Assembly: GCA_964631145.1 (NCBI GenBank)
Contig: CAZVXT010000001.1
Location: 191,151 to 255,150 of the forward strand
Direction of reading: 5' to 3'
Length of the DNA: 64,000 nt
Source: an uncultured Candidatus Saccharibacteria bacterium
Lineage (GTDB): Bacteria; Patescibacteriota; Doudnabacteria; UBA920
Numbering within the stretch: the stretch's first letter is position 1; every line of letters begins with the position of its first letter. Of this stretch, positions 1 through 10,624 are shown piece after piece. The notes under the pieces were generated by a model that was given only the letters and a program-made list of their open reading frames with translations, did not search any database and was not told the origin of the DNA. Both the position numbers and the translations under genes were made by a program.

Positions 1-354
1 TTGAAAGTCTGAAAATTCGGCGGAGCAAATTAGGAAATTGATTTGAGACAAGTCTTCGCAAAGATTAGCATGTAATTGGATATAATCTGTCATATTGCTC
101 CAGCATAGAATATCATGACTGATCTCTAAGCCATTATTTAAATCAATGTTTTTCAAAATACCTCTTCTTATAGCAGAAATTTTTTCTAGAAACGAGAAGG
201 GCACTGTTTTACTATAATGATTTAGTAAGTTTAAAAACTCTACTCCTTGAGTCTTGTCTAATTCTTTAAACATTTCTGATTCGTATGGATTTAAATCCTT
301 CATTGATATTATTGATGAGTTATCAATAATTTTTTCAAACATGTTATTTTTCAT
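1..354 (-). CDS. Hypothetical protein, partial; the N-terminus MKNNMFEKIIDNSS... is in the window and the C-terminus runs off the left edge
   Basis: Open frame on the minus strand from ATG at 354..352, preceded by GGAGG (complement of 359-363). Not in the ORF track because it is truncated by the window edge. Confidence 0.35.
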   Translation of the reverse strand, partial: MKNNMFEKIIDNSSIISMKDLNPYESEMFKELDKTQGVEFLNLLNHYSKTVPFSFLEKISAIRRGILKNIDLNNGLEISHDILCWSNMTDYIQLHANLCEDLSQINFLICSAEFSDFQ

Positions 355-432
355 ATTTCCTCCAAATTGTAATATTTCATAGCGTAACTACGAAAATATA
401 TTATAAGAGCAATTTTCATCTGTGTCAATAAA

Positions 433-461
433 TAAAAAACACGCACTATTTAAGTGCGTGT
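433..461 (-). terminator. Rho-independent terminator for the substrate-binding protein gene
   Basis: 8-bp stem ACACGCAC/GTGCGTGT (439-461); the A-run at 433-438 gives a U-run on the minus strand. Confidence 0.6.
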
Positions 462-2197
462 CGTGTATTTATATACCAGTTTGGAAGATCGTAAAATCTA
501 GATGGTTCGTCGATTAAGGTTTTGATATTAAAGCCTTTTATGTTTTTATCAATTGCGTAAGAATAGACCGGTTGAACTAGGAATATTGCAGGAACATCAT
601 TTTTCATGATTTCCAAAATTTGCAAATAATATCCGTCTCTAATCGATTTATCTGTTTCGCTACGAGCTTGGTTGATTAAGCTATCTATGGTTTGATTATT
701 ATAGTTAGATAGGTTTAAGCCAGGCGATTTGGTTTGGCTAGAATGCCAATATGCAAATAAGTCTGGATCTGGACCTAACTTTTGTACAAATAATAATAAG
801 TCATAATCGCGAGGAACAATTTTAGTTTCGATTAATTCTTTGGTAGGTAGGATGTTGATATTTAACTTTACACCAATTTGCTTCCAGTTGTTAGCTAAAA
901 GTTGAGCTGTTTTTACATTTACATCATTATCGTTTGTGACTAATTGCAATGTAAGTTCTGTACCATTTTTGCTGCGTATATTTTGTCCAGATTTGTATAC
1001 CCAACCGGCTTGTTCTAGTAAGCTTTTGGCTTGATCTAAGCTAAAATCATTAGATGCTGCAGGCAAATTTGCCACCTGTTCTTTAAGGATTGGTCCGCTA
1101 ATAATATTCCCATTACCATCGTAAACATCGTTAAGTATTTGCCCGGTATCAACAGAGAAGTTTAGCGCTTTGCGTATGCGATTGTCGCCCAATAATTTTT
1201 TTTCAGTATTTAAGAATATCGCTTGGTATTGAGGCAGGGGAACTTTCTGTAGATTTAAGTTTTTCGCAGATTTTTCTACATTGATTTGTTCTGAGAACTG
1301 ATTAAAACCGAGTCCAGTAATTTGCTTTCCGTGTAACCCCTTTAGTAAGTCTGTAGAGTCTTTGTAAAAAATCAAACTAACATTATTTAGGTATGGCTGT
1401 GACTCTGATAAATTGTTACGAAAAGCCTTAAGTTGTATAGATTGGATTTCACCACTACGTTGTTTTTTTATCTCTGCAATTTGATATGGACCGCTACCGA
1501 TTGCTTCTATTTGTCCAGGATTTTGCATAAATTGATCAGGGCTAATTTTGCCCCATACTGATTGGCTTAATATAGGTAGGGTTAGGTTGTTTAAGAACGG
1601 AGCTGAAGCATCTTTAAGCTTAAATACTAATGTATGGTCACCGGTCTGCTCTACAGTAGTAGATAACCACTCGCCGCGACGAGGACTTTTGTACTCTGGA
1701 TTTTGAATAGTTTGAATTGTAAATACAACATCACTTGGGGTAACGGGTAATCCATTGTGCCAAGAAGCTTGCTTCATGTTAATTGTATAAGTTTTTTTAT
1801 CCTCAGAAATACTTGGATATCCTTCCGCTAAGTTTGGTACAACGTTTCCGCTTTGGTCGTATTTATATAGACCAGAAAAAATTAAGTTAACCAAAGACTT
1901 ATCAATATCCGAAGACATTAATACTGGATTAATAAATTGTGGTTTTCCAATAACTCCCTCAGTATAATTACCGCCGTCTGCAGCAATAATTTTGGTCGTT
2001 TTGTTTAACCAAAAATTGATGCTTAATATTCCCGTCAAAATCGCAATTATTAATGTAATAATAAGTAGTCTAAATTCTGATTGCGGTAAGTTGATAAAAA
2101 TATTCTTTAAATGTTTGAGCTTAAGTTTTGGTAAAAGCTTAAAGCCGGCAAGGGCTTGCCGGCTGATATGATTTAAGTTGTAAATTAACCAATTCAC
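446..2197 (-). CDS. ABC transporter substrate-binding protein, family 5 (oligopeptide/dipeptide-binding, OppA/DppA-like), with an N-terminal membrane anchor
   Basis: 583 aa with an N-terminal TM helix; the GSGPYQIAEI and SBP_bac_5-like motifs and the length are typical of family-5 SBPs. Confidence 0.65.
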   Translation of the reverse strand: MNWLIYNLNHISRQALAGFKLLPKLKLKHLKNIFINLPQSEFRLLIITLIIAILTGILSINFWLNKTTKIIAADGGNYTEGVIGKPQFINPVLMSSDIDKSLVNLIFSGLYKYDQSGNVVPNLAEGYPSISEDKKTYTINMKQASWHNGLPVTPSDVVFTIQTIQNPEYKSPRRGEWLSTTVEQTGDHTLVFKLKDASAPFLNNLTLPILSQSVWGKISPDQFMQNPGQIEAIGSGPYQIAEIKKQRSGEIQSIQLKAFRNNLSESQPYLNNVSLIFYKDSTDLLKGLHGKQITGLGFNQFSEQINVEKSAKNLNLQKVPLPQYQAIFLNTEKKLLGDNRIRKALNFSVDTGQILNDVYDGNGNIISGPILKEQVANLPAASNDFSLDQAKSLLEQAGWVYKSGQNIRSKNGTELTLQLVTNDNDVNVKTAQLLANNWKQIGVKLNINILPTKELIETKIVPRDYDLLLFVQKLGPDPDLFAYWHSSQTKSPGLNLSNYNNQTIDSLINQARSETDKSIRDGYYLQILEIMKNDVPAIFLVQPVYSYAIDKNIKGFNIKTLIDEPSRFYDLPNWYINTRHALK

Positions 2198-2204
2198 GAG
2201 AGAT

Positions 2205-2432
2205 TTATTTTTTTAGCAAAACTATAGTTAGGCTTAAACCCGCAAACAGTATACCTAACACAATTGTGGCATAAAATAACCATTTTTCAGTACCTCTGCG
2301 GCTGGTTATAACACCTGCTCCACCAAAGACATTAGAAAGTCCGGCAGACTTATTTTGTAAAGCAATGCTAACAATTAATAACACCATTACTACCATGTCG
2401 ATAATTGTTAAAATATAAGACAATTTGTTCAT
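2205..2432 (-). CDS. secG: Preprotein translocase subunit SecG
   Basis: 75 aa with two TM helices flanking a Gly-rich loop (GLSNVFGGAGVITSRRG), characteristic of SecG. Confidence 0.6.
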   Translation of the reverse strand: MNKLSYILTIIDMVVMVLLIVSIALQNKSAGLSNVFGGAGVITSRRGTEKWLFYATIVLGILFAGLSLTIVLLKK

Positions 2433-2480
2433 ATTTGAAAATTTAAAATGCTGGTTTATTATAGTAGTTTTTGAGCATAT

Positions 2481-3101
2481 GTGTCAATATGTTTATTTCC
2501 ATCAAAATTTAAAAAATTAAAGTATGTAATTTTGCTGCAATGCTATAATAAGCGTATGAATAAAATAATATTAATTATTATAACTTTGCTTATTTTTGCT
2601 GTCACCGTCTTTTATTATAGAAATGATTTAAGCACGTTGTCTCAAAAGTATCTTAAAAAAAATATGAAATCTATCTCGACTAATTCTAATAGCTCTTTTC
2701 CCGAATTATCCAATTCAGAATATAAGACAGTTAAATTTGGTGAGTCTGTTTATATTTCTGAAACAACCAAAATAAAGTTTTTAGATGTAATTTCAGATAA
2801 CAGATGTCCGGTAGACGTAAATTGTATTGTGCGAGGAGAAGCAAAAATTAAATTACAGTTAACGGATGATGTAACTGATTTTAGCAAAGCTTATATTTCA
2901 GTGGTGTCAATCCCAGGTGCAAACCGAGACAGTAATGGTAATTTAATTGAGTCGCATATAACAGAGCAGAATCAAATGCCATATATGAATTTGATGACAA
3001 CAATTTTAGATTTGTTGCCTCGCCCAAATAGTAAATATCAAATTAACAAATCCGACTATCAGGTTTTGTTAAAGGTTGAACAATTAAATTTAGGAAAATA
3101 A
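2481..3101 (+). CDS. Hypothetical membrane-anchored or secreted protein; the likely true start is ATG 2556 (MNKIILIIITLL...)
   Basis: TM helix after the internal Met. TATAAT at 2544-2549 lies exactly 6 nt before ATG 2556, which is leaderless geometry. No recognisable domain. Confidence 0.45.
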   Translation: MSICLFPSKFKKLKYVILLQCYNKRMNKIILIIITLLIFAVTVFYYRNDLSTLSQKYLKKNMKSISTNSNSSFPELSNSEYKTVKFGESVYISETTKIKFLDVISDNRCPVDVNCIVRGEAKIKLQLTDDVTDFSKAYISVVSIPGANRDSNGNLIESHITEQNQMPYMNLMTTILDLLPRPNSKYQINKSDYQVLLKVEQLNLGK

Positions 3102-3164
3102 TCACGGTTTTTTACAATTTAGTTTTAGTATATAATAAACACAAATTATATAGGAGGATTGAAT

Positions 3165-3596
3165 ATGGCTGGAAGTGGAGTAAGGCTATCTTTACTATTG
3201 GGGATGGCTTCGTTAGGATTTGCTTGTAGTAAAGATTTAATTGATGCCCCCACGAACAAGCAGTCTAGAGATTTAAGTTTAAACTTTTTTGATAACTTGA
3301 TGTATAGGGCTCTAAGAGAGTGTGGTTTTAAAGCAAGGGTATTAAAAGTTTTAGACAAAAGTGCTTCATTGTTAGAAGTTCCTAACTTTATGCACAAACA
3401 ATACTGCGTTGATTTGATTGTAAAATCTGTAAGTTATAAGAAAATTGTGAAAAAGTTAGGCAAAGTCTCTGGTTATAAAGTGTCTAAAATTGACAGACCA
3501 ACAGTTAATAATTACGTAGTTGTTAGGGTAGTTAAGTTGCCAAGTATTTCGACCACAACTTATATATTATTTCGACTACTGTATAATAATTGGTAA
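3165..3596 (+). CDS. Hypothetical protein, possible lipoprotein (signal peptide ...LGFAC)
   Basis: GGAGG at 3153-3157 lies 7 nt before ATG 3165; the track start at 3159 is a TTG too close to the SD. Signal-peptide-like N-terminus with Cys. Confidence 0.45.
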   Translation: MAGSGVRLSLLLGMASLGFACSKDLIDAPTNKQSRDLSLNFFDNLMYRALRECGFKARVLKVLDKSASLLEVPNFMHKQYCVDLIVKSVSYKKIVKKLGKVSGYKVSKIDRPTVNNYVVVRVVKLPSISTTTYILFRLLYNNW

Positions 3597-3610
3597 ATAG
3601 GAGGTGTATT

Positions 3611-3970
3611 ATGAGCAAAAATATACAAGCTATTGAAGTATCTGGGATAATTGCTTGCGGTGGTCAAGGTGTAGATTTAAAAAAATATTTTTATGTAATT
3701 AAATATAAAACCACTGGAGCATTAGAAATAATTTTTACTGAACATTTTGGACAAAATGAAGCGGATTTAAAAATTAAAGATATTGCGGTTCCTCAATATA
3801 ATAAAAAACATCCTAATAATCAGATTAAAGTCGTATATACTTTTGATGCTGAGCAAAATCAAAAGTTATCAGATCATTTATCATCAAATGAGGATGCTTA
3901 CGAAAACTTAAAGTTAGATACAGATCTTTGGTTGCAAAAGCTACAATTAGAACCTAGCTATTTTAAATAG
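3611..3970 (+). CDS. Hypothetical protein
   Basis: TAGGAGG lies 7 nt upstream of ATG 3611; the gene is tightly coupled to the previous one. No recognisable domain. Confidence 0.45.
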   Translation: MSKNIQAIEVSGIIACGGQGVDLKKYFYVIKYKTTGALEIIFTEHFGQNEADLKIKDIAVPQYNKKHPNNQIKVVYTFDAEQNQKLSDHLSSNEDAYENLKLDTDLWLQKLQLEPSYFK

Positions 3971-5751
3971 CTTTTGATAATTTTAGCCTTAGATTTTCCA
4001 ACCAAATTTTCTAATTCATCTATCGGTACTTTTTTGATTTGATCAACGGTACCGATTTTTTGTTTTAGTAATTTTTTTGTTTTTGGTCCGATGCCAGGGA
4101 TTGAATCTAGGGCGGATTTAACTGCTTGCTTGCTACGCAAACTTCGATGAAAAGTAATACCAAAGCGATGAGCTTCGTCACGTAATCTTTGCATTAGCTG
4201 AAGAACTGGATGGCTATGAGGAAGAATTATTGGAACAGAATTGTGGGGGAGAAAGATTTCTTCGATGCGCTTAGCTAATCCCACAACAGGAATTTTGAGT
4301 TTTTTTTGTTCGATTATCTCTACCGCTACACCTAATTGTCCTTTGCCGCCATCGATAATAATCAGATCAGGTTTTGGCCAGGCATCTTTTGGGTTGGGTG
4401 GGTCAATTCTGGTTAGTCTTCTGGTAAGAGTTTCATGCATCATCGCAAAATCATCTGGCGTTTGCTTGGAAGTAATCTTAAATTTTCTATACTGCGATTT
4501 TGCAGGAATACCATTTTCAAAAACAACCATGCTGCCAACAGGGTTGGTTCCTTGTATATTGCTAATGTCATAACATTCAATTCTGTTTGGCTTGGTTTTT
4601 AGGTTTAATATCTGTTGTAATTCTTCTAAGGTTTTATTTATAAAGTCAATATTATTAGCTTTATCAGTTTGCCATTTATATAGATATTCTTTTGCATTTT
4701 CTTCCGCAAGCTTAATTAACTTTATTTTTTGTCCGAGCTTTGGTTGGCTTATAGAAACATTTTTTTTATGTTTATTTTTAATCAATTGCTTAATTAGATT
4801 ATTGTCAGATATATCTTGTTGTAAAAAGATTTCTTTAGGAATGTCTGATGTATCGAAATAATATTGTGCACAAAAAGTTTGTAAGGTTTTTTGCAAATTA
4901 ATTTGTCCGGGATTGCTGTAAACAAAATTTTCTGGGTTTTTTAGTTTGCCATCTCTAACTTTAAATAATGTGACACAAGTTTCTAAGTCATTTCCAAAAA
5001 CAGAAACAATATCCCAATTTACTTTTTTGTTTAGGATTACAAGCTGTTTTTGAGTTAATGAATGAAGAGAATTAATTTGATCTCTAAGCTTGGCTGCAAC
5101 TTCGTACTTTTTTTGCTTGGATGCTAGTACCATTTGCTTTTGCAGTGTTTTTGTTGTGTTGCCAATTTGTCCAGATAAAAAAGTTTTGATGATAGATAAC
5201 TGCTGTTTATATTCTTCTATGGTAATTTCGCCAACACATACACCAGGGCAGCGATGCAGGTAATAATAAAAACATGGTCTTTTCCCAACTTCGGTGTGAG
5301 CACAGAATTTAAAAACTCTACGGATGTAATCTAGAGTCGTTTTGATATTTTTTACAGAAGAAAAAGGTCCGTAATAAACGCCGTTGTCGTTTTCTATTTG
5401 TCTTACGTATGTTAGTTGAGGGATTTGGCTGGAGTAGTCAATTTTAATAAACGCATAATTTTTATCATCTCTCAACTTGATATTGTACGGGGGATAGAAT
5501 TCTTTGATTAAAGTATTTTCAAGCATTAAACTTTCTAACTCTGTCTTTACAACTGTGTATTCTATAGTACTGGCTTCCATTAATAAAAACGGCAGCTGTA
5601 AACGCTTGTCTTGTCCGCTAGTATACTGCAATAATCTTTTGTGTAAATTTTTGGCTTTGCCAACATAAAGAACTTGATTTTGAATATCAAGAAATTTGTA
5701 TACACCAGGCTTATTTGGGGCATCTTTAGCAATATTTTCCAGCTTGCTCAT
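3958..5751 (-). CDS. uvrC: Excinuclease ABC subunit C (UvrC)
   Basis: N-terminal GIY-YIG motif (GVYKFLD...LYVGKAKNL), UvrC homology region, and C-terminal HhH (IPGIGPKTKKLL); 597 aa. Confidence 0.9.
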   Translation of the reverse strand: MSKLENIAKDAPNKPGVYKFLDIQNQVLYVGKAKNLHKRLLQYTSGQDKRLQLPFLLMEASTIEYTVVKTELESLMLENTLIKEFYPPYNIKLRDDKNYAFIKIDYSSQIPQLTYVRQIENDNGVYYGPFSSVKNIKTTLDYIRRVFKFCAHTEVGKRPCFYYYLHRCPGVCVGEITIEEYKQQLSIIKTFLSGQIGNTTKTLQKQMVLASKQKKYEVAAKLRDQINSLHSLTQKQLVILNKKVNWDIVSVFGNDLETCVTLFKVRDGKLKNPENFVYSNPGQINLQKTLQTFCAQYYFDTSDIPKEIFLQQDISDNNLIKQLIKNKHKKNVSISQPKLGQKIKLIKLAEENAKEYLYKWQTDKANNIDFINKTLEELQQILNLKTKPNRIECYDISNIQGTNPVGSMVVFENGIPAKSQYRKFKITSKQTPDDFAMMHETLTRRLTRIDPPNPKDAWPKPDLIIIDGGKGQLGVAVEIIEQKKLKIPVVGLAKRIEEIFLPHNSVPIILPHSHPVLQLMQRLRDEAHRFGITFHRSLRSKQAVKSALDSIPGIGPKTKKLLKQKIGTVDQIKKVPIDELENLVGKSKAKIIKSYLK

Positions 5752-5807
5752 AATTGTATTATAACTTATAATAATGCTACTAAAAATATATAAAAGGAGG
5801 AATTGCT

Positions 5808-6110
5808 ATGGAATGGTGGTTTTTAGCTTTCTTGATAGTTTTGGCTTTTGGATTTATTTGTTGGTTTGTAAGCAAGTTTATTTGGCAGCCTGTGAAGTTT
5901 AGAAGTGATGTCGATTACTGCTGTGGTCATATAAGAAATCATGTTACCGAACATAGGCAATCAATTAGTATTGTTGTTACAAAAGATGTTTATGAAGAAG
6001 TAAAATATCAATTAAAAGATTTAAGGAAGACGGTCAAGCTAGAGCATAACCCAAATTTGAATATGCTGATTTTTTATTTAAAATCTAAATCGCAAAGTGA
6101 GGGCTTATGA
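5808..6110 (+). CDS. Hypothetical small membrane protein
   Basis: AAGGAGG SD; N-terminal TM helix; 100 aa. Confidence 0.45.
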   Translation: MEWWFLAFLIVLAFGFICWFVSKFIWQPVKFRSDVDYCCGHIRNHVTEHRQSISIVVTKDVYEEVKYQLKDLRKTVKLEHNPNLNMLIFYLKSKSQSEGL

Positions 6111-6532
6111 CCAAGCTAATTACAGATAGGCAAAAATCAGTTTTAGTTGACATGGGTTTAATGGTCCCCAAAACCAAAGGCACTGCATATAGGCTAATCA
6201 ACTTTGTCTTAAACGGAAATGTTTATTTCCAAGGTGATAAAAATTTTCGATTAAATTTTTTAAAAAAATGGCAAAAATTGATTGGGCACGAACTTGAGTT
6301 TGAACATGGATGGTATAAAGGCATTAAAGCTAAGGTGATAGAAATTTATCCACGGACTAATGAAGGGTATAATACTTTGGATAAAGATGATCCAGAGCTG
6401 CACTATCATAAACACCCATTTAAGCTAAAGGTAACTTATTATATGAATGGCAAAAAATATACAAAAATTTTACCATACAGCGAATTTAAGTTTTCCTTAG
6501 AGCAAAAAGAAATTTTGGGTATTAAGAAATAG
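6107..6532 (+). CDS. Hypothetical protein
   Basis: Start overlaps the previous stop (ATGA), indicating translational coupling; 141 aa; no recognisable domain. Confidence 0.45.
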   Translation: MTKLITDRQKSVLVDMGLMVPKTKGTAYRLINFVLNGNVYFQGDKNFRLNFLKKWQKLIGHELEFEHGWYKGIKAKVIEIYPRTNEGYNTLDKDDPELHYHKHPFKLKVTYYMNGKKYTKILPYSEFKFSLEQKEILGIKK

Positions 6533-6584
6533 TAGAACTTGTTGCTATAAATGCAAAAAGTTTAAAAAATTAGGAGGCAAATTT

Positions 6585-7007
6585 ATGTTAAGGTCTTATT
6601 CTAACTTTATTGACAGGCACGCAAAGCTAATGGTTATATTGGCAATCTGCTTTGGTATGTCTTGTATGTTACTTTTAACATTTTCTACCGATGTTGCTGA
6701 AAGATCAACCAAGATGGGTATGATTTTTGCAAGCGGTATAAGCGGGATTTTATTTATTTTAATTGCTGCCCCGGTAGGATGGATGCTGGCAGATGGGATT
6801 CGAGTTCCATTGCCGATTGCTGTTCAAGCAGAAATTAGTATTTACAGAAACTTAAATTCTTTAAAACCGGGGGAAAAGATAAATTTAAACATTCTGGGTT
6901 TGCAGTATGAAGATTTTATACAACTTGAGCAAAGAATTAGATCATTTGATGGATTTAATTTAAGTCTAACTGATTTAGGCGAGTTGTATTTAGAGCGTTC
7001 TAAATAA
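6585..7007 (+). CDS. Hypothetical membrane protein (2 TM)
   Basis: TTAGGAGG SD; two hydrophobic helices; followed by a terminator. Confidence 0.45.
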   Translation: MLRSYSNFIDRHAKLMVILAICFGMSCMLLLTFSTDVAERSTKMGMIFASGISGILFILIAAPVGWMLADGIRVPLPIAVQAEISIYRNLNSLKPGEKINLNILGLQYEDFIQLEQRIRSFDGFNLSLTDLGELYLERSK

Positions 7008-7013
7008 CTTATG

Positions 7014-7042
7014 ACGAGAAACTTTCTCGTCTTTTTATTTTA
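7014..7042 (+). terminator. Rho-independent terminator
   Basis: GACGAGA-aactt-TCTCGTC followed by TTTTTATTTT. Confidence 0.7.
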
Positions 7043-7162
7043 AAAATTTTTACTAAACTAAGATTCTTGCCAGGACTTCAAATTTATGATAGCGTGATAA
7101 GAGTTCGCACTAATTTTCTTATTGTGTACGCATACTGTATAACAGGCAAATAATATAAGAAA

Positions 7163-10096
7163 ATGTGCAAAATTATATTAAATTTAAACTATATGGCTAC
7201 AAAATCAACACCAAAAAAAGCGAAAGCGGTTTCTAGCAAAAAAACCGCTTCGTTTGAGCCGCAAATAATTATTCGTGGGGCGCGTCAACATAATCTTAAA
7301 AATGTTGATTTGGATCTTCCTCGCAACAAGCTGATTGTAATGACGGGACTTTCTGGGAGCGGTAAGTCTTCTTTAGCCTTCGATACCATTTACGCTGAAG
7401 GTCAGCGCAGGTATGTAGAAAGTTTATCTGCATATGCTCGTCAATTTATTGGTTTAATGGACAAGCCTGATGTAGATAAAATTGAAGGTTTAAGTCCGGC
7501 AATTTCTATTGATCAAAAGTCAGCTTCTCATAACCCTCGTTCTACGGTAGGAACAGTTACCGAGATATATGATTATATGAGGTTGTTATATGCTCGCATT
7601 GGTATCCCGCACTGTCCAGTTTGTGGTAGTTTGATCGCGGGTCAAACTTTACCAGAAATGGTAGAGAAGTTGATGACTTATAAGGAAGGTACGCGCTTAA
7701 TGTTGCTTGCACCAGTTATTCGTGATCAAAAAGGTGAACACAAAGCTGTGTTTGAGCAAATTAAAAAGAGTGGTTTTTCTAGAGTGCGACTTGATGGTTC
7801 TATTATTGATATTGATGAGGCACAAAATCAAACTTTAGATAAGCAAAAAAAACATAGTATTGAGGTAATTGTAGATCGTATTGTTTTTAGTAAAGATGAC
7901 CGTGCTCGTATCTCCGAAAGTTTAGAAAAAGCTTTGGACTATGGAGATCAATCTGCATTAATTTTGGTCATGGATGGTGACAAGGTCAAAGAGACGGTGC
8001 CGTTATCACAAAACTTTGCATGTCCAAACGGACATCCAGTAGGTTTAACAGAACTAGATCCACGGGAATTTTCATTTAATAGCCCTCATGGAGCTTGCCC
8101 AGATTGTAAAGGGCTTGGTACCAAGCTTACAGTAGAGCCAGATCTTGTTATTCCTAATCCAAAATTAACTTTAGCTGAAGGAGCAATTCGCCCTTGGAGT
8201 AAAACTACTGCAAGAGTTTCTTGGTATATAAAATTACTTGATGCAGTAGGAAAACAATTTGGTTTTTCTGTTAACACCAAAGTAAAAGATCTTCCTCAAA
8301 AAGCTCTCGATATTATTATGAATGGTAGCGATGGGGTAAAAATATCTATGCCTTCAGATTATGCAGGTGGCGGTAGTTATATGGCTCCTTTTGAAGGAGT
8401 TATAAATAATCTTGAACGTAAGTATAGAGAAACTGATTCTGACTATGTTCGTACGGATATAGAAGCTTATATGCGCATCCGCAAATGTAGTACTTGCGAT
8501 GGACAAAGGTTAAAACCAGAAGTTCTTGCAGTAACAATAGCAGGCAGTGGAATTGTTGAAGTATCCAAGCAATCTATAGAAGATGTTTCGGTATTTTTTG
8601 CAGGGTTGCCAAAAAAGCTAAATGCAAAAGAAATGGCAATTGCTGGATTAATATTAAAAGAAATTACAGCGCGTCTGAAGTTCTTACTTGATGTTGGATT
8701 GTCTTATTTGTCACTCGATCGTGGAGCAGATACTTTGAGTGGTGGAGAAGCACAGCGTATTAGACTTGCAACTCAGATTGGAAGCGGTTTAACAGGCGTG
8801 TTATATATTTTGGATGAGCCTTCTATTGGTCTGCATCAGCGCGATAATACCAGATTATTAACTACTCTAAAAAATTTGCGTGATTTGGGTAATACAGTAA
8901 TTGTGGTAGAGCATGATGAAGAAACAATTTTAGAATCAGACTATGTTGTAGATATTGGTCCTGGAGCTGGAAAACATGGCGGCGAGATTATTGCCGTAGG
9001 TACACCAGATCAAATTAAGAAAGATAAAAATTCTGTAACCGGGAAGTTTATCTCTGGAGCAGAAACTATCGAAGTACCAAAGCGTCGTCGACCAGGTAAC
9101 GGGAAAAAGATTTCTATTATAGGTGCTAATGAATTTAATTTAAAAAATGTAAATGTAGATATACCATTGGGTAAATTTGTTTGTATTACAGGTGTTTCTG
9201 GAAGTGGTAAGTCTACTTTATTAAATGATATTTTGGCAAAGTATTTATCGCAGTATTTTTGGGATAGCAAAGACGAACCAGGTAGTCATAAACAAATTTT
9301 GGGCGTAGATAATATTGATAAAGTTATTAATATTGATCAATCTCCGATTGGAAGAACGCCTCGTAGCAATCCTGCTACTTATACTGGCATCTTTACTTAT
9401 GTTCGTGACTTGTTTGCAGAAACCCGCGAAGCAAAAATGAAAGGATATAAAGCCGGCAGATTTAGTTTTAATGTTAAAGGCGGTCGTTGTGAAAAGTGTC
9501 AGGGTGATGGTGTAATTAAGGTAGAAATGAACTTTTTACCAGACGTATACATTACTTGTGAAGAGTGTAATGGTAAGCGTTATAACCGTGAAGCTTTAGA
9601 AATTCACTTTAATGGCAAAACAATTTCTGATGTACTTGAGATGACAGTAGATGAAGCCAAAATCTTTTTTGGCAATGTTCCTCCAGTTAGAAAAAAATTA
9701 GAAACACTGTCAGAAGTTGGGCTTGGCTATATGCATTTAGGACAAAATGCTACTACCTTAAGTGGTGGAGAGGCACAGCGCATAAAGCTTGCTTCAGAGC
9801 TTTCTCGGGCTTCTACAGGACGTACTCTTTATATTTTGGATGAGCCTACAACTGGTCTTCACTTCGCAGATGTAAAGCGTTTGATTCATGTTTTAAACCA
9901 ACTTGTAGAAAAAGGTAATACTGTAGTTGTAATCGAACATAATTTAGACATGATCAAAACAGCTGATTGGTTGATAGATCTTGGTCCTGAAGGTGGAGAT
10001 AAAGGCGGTACTTTAGTTGCAGCTGGTACTCCAGAAGATATCGCAAAAGTTAAAGCAAGTCATACTGGTCAATACTTAAAACCTATGCTGAAGTAA
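7163..10096 (+). CDS. uvrA: Excinuclease ABC subunit A (UvrA)
   Basis: Two ABC ATPase modules ([10 protein letters not shown] and GVSGSGKST), zinc-finger cysteines, LSGGE signature repeated twice. TAATAT lies 6 nt before ATG 7163 (leaderless geometry); the alternative start is 7193. Confidence 0.95.
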   Translation: MCKIILNLNYMATKSTPKKAKAVSSKKTASFEPQIIIRGARQHNLKNVDLDLPRNKLIVMTGLSGSGKSSLAFDTIYAEGQRRYVESLSAYARQFIGLMDKPDVDKIEGLSPAISIDQKSASHNPRSTVGTVTEIYDYMRLLYARIGIPHCPVCGSLIAGQTLPEMVEKLMTYKEGTRLMLLAPVIRDQKGEHKAVFEQIKKSGFSRVRLDGSIIDIDEAQNQTLDKQKKHSIEVIVDRIVFSKDDRARISESLEKALDYGDQSALILVMDGDKVKETVPLSQNFACPNGHPVGLTELDPREFSFNSPHGACPDCKGLGTKLTVEPDLVIPNPKLTLAEGAIRPWSKTTARVSWYIKLLDAVGKQFGFSVNTKVKDLPQKALDIIMNGSDGVKISMPSDYAGGGSYMAPFEGVINNLERKYRETDSDYVRTDIEAYMRIRKCSTCDGQRLKPEVLAVTIAGSGIVEVSKQSIEDVSVFFAGLPKKLNAKEMAIAGLILKEITARLKFLLDVGLSYLSLDRGADTLSGGEAQRIRLATQIGSGLTGVLYILDEPSIGLHQRDNTRLLTTLKNLRDLGNTVIVVEHDEETILESDYVVDIGPGAGKHGGEIIAVGTPDQIKKDKNSVTGKFISGAETIEVPKRRRPGNGKKISIIGANEFNLKNVNVDIPLGKFVCITGVSGSGKSTLLNDILAKYLSQYFWDSKDEPGSHKQILGVDNIDKVINIDQSPIGRTPRSNPATYTGIFTYVRDLFAETREAKMKGYKAGRFSFNVKGGRCEKCQGDGVIKVEMNFLPDVYITCEECNGKRYNREALEIHFNGKTISDVLEMTVDEAKIFFGNVPPVRKKLETLSEVGLGYMHLGQNATTLSGGEAQRIKLASELSRASTGRTLYILDEPTTGLHFADVKRLIHVLNQLVEKGNTVVVIEHNLDMIKTADWLIDLGPEGGDKGGTLVAAGTPEDIAKVKASHTGQYLKPMLK

Positions 10097-10109
10097 TATT
10101 TTTAAAAAA

Positions 10110-10133
10110 ACACCCAGTCGGGTGTTTTTAATT
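10110..10133 (+). terminator. Rho-independent terminator after uvrA
   Basis: ACACCC-agtc-GGGTGT followed by TTTTTAATTT. Confidence 0.7.
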
Positions 10134-10194
10134 TATGTTGACTAAGTATTAGTCATTTGATATTAATTATCAAATTAATTATAAGGAGGTTTTT

Positions 10195-10530
10195 GTGAAA
10201 AAAGTAAAACCGATAAGTCCTGAAGGGTTTGTGGATCAAAAAAATAAATCCATACCAGAAAAAGTTATTGAAGTAGTAAATAAATTATTAACTTTAAGCT
10301 CTACTTCCAAACACATAGTTATTCTCCAAAAAGATATTATTTCGGAGTTGATAAAAAATGGCTTTGATGAAGATGAGATTTTTAAAAATCATTGGCTAGA
10401 TTTTGAGTCTTTATATCGAGATGCAGGTTGGAATGTAGAATATGATAAACCAGGTTTTAACGAGAGTTATGAAGCTCGATTTATTTTTAGCTCTAAAGCA
10501 AAACATTGGTTATTAGTCCTCAATAATTGA
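10195..10530 (+). CDS. Hypothetical protein (GTG start)
   Basis: AAGGAGG lies 6 nt before GTG 10195; 111 aa; its own terminator hairpin spans the stop. Confidence 0.4.
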   Translation: MKKVKPISPEGFVDQKNKSIPEKVIEVVNKLLTLSSTSKHIVILQKDIISELIKNGFDEDEIFKNHWLDFESLYRDAGWNVEYDKPGFNESYEARFIFSSKAKHWLLVLNN

Positions 10531-10546
10531 GGACTTTTATTTTATC
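10515..10546 (+). terminator. Rho-independent terminator
   Basis: AGTCCTCAAT-aat-TGAGGACT followed by TTTATTTT. Confidence 0.6.
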
Positions 10547-10624
10547 TTGACTATATAGCAAATGTTATAAAATAATACTTCATCTTTTTTGATGAAAACT
10601 TTGCTATTAGGAGGAAAAATAATA

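Noticed and set aside
2205-2432. An alternative reading of the secG ORF as a generic small membrane protein
   Set aside because: The Gly-rich inter-helix loop and the size match SecG well enough to keep the call, at moderate confidence.
4241-4861. Plus-strand ORFs inside uvrC
   Set aside because: They are antisense to uvrC and hydrophobic junk.
7010-7162. A search for a LexA/SOS box upstream of uvrA
   Set aside because: There is no CTGT-N8-ACAG or GAAC-N4-GTTC (Cheo) motif. Only CTGT-N3-ACAG occurs, with the wrong spacing. No lexA is in the window.
8086-9270. Minus-strand ORFs of 64 and 86 aa inside uvrA
   Set aside because: They are fully antisense to a high-confidence conserved gene, with no SD and biased low-complexity translation. 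They are chance ORFs.
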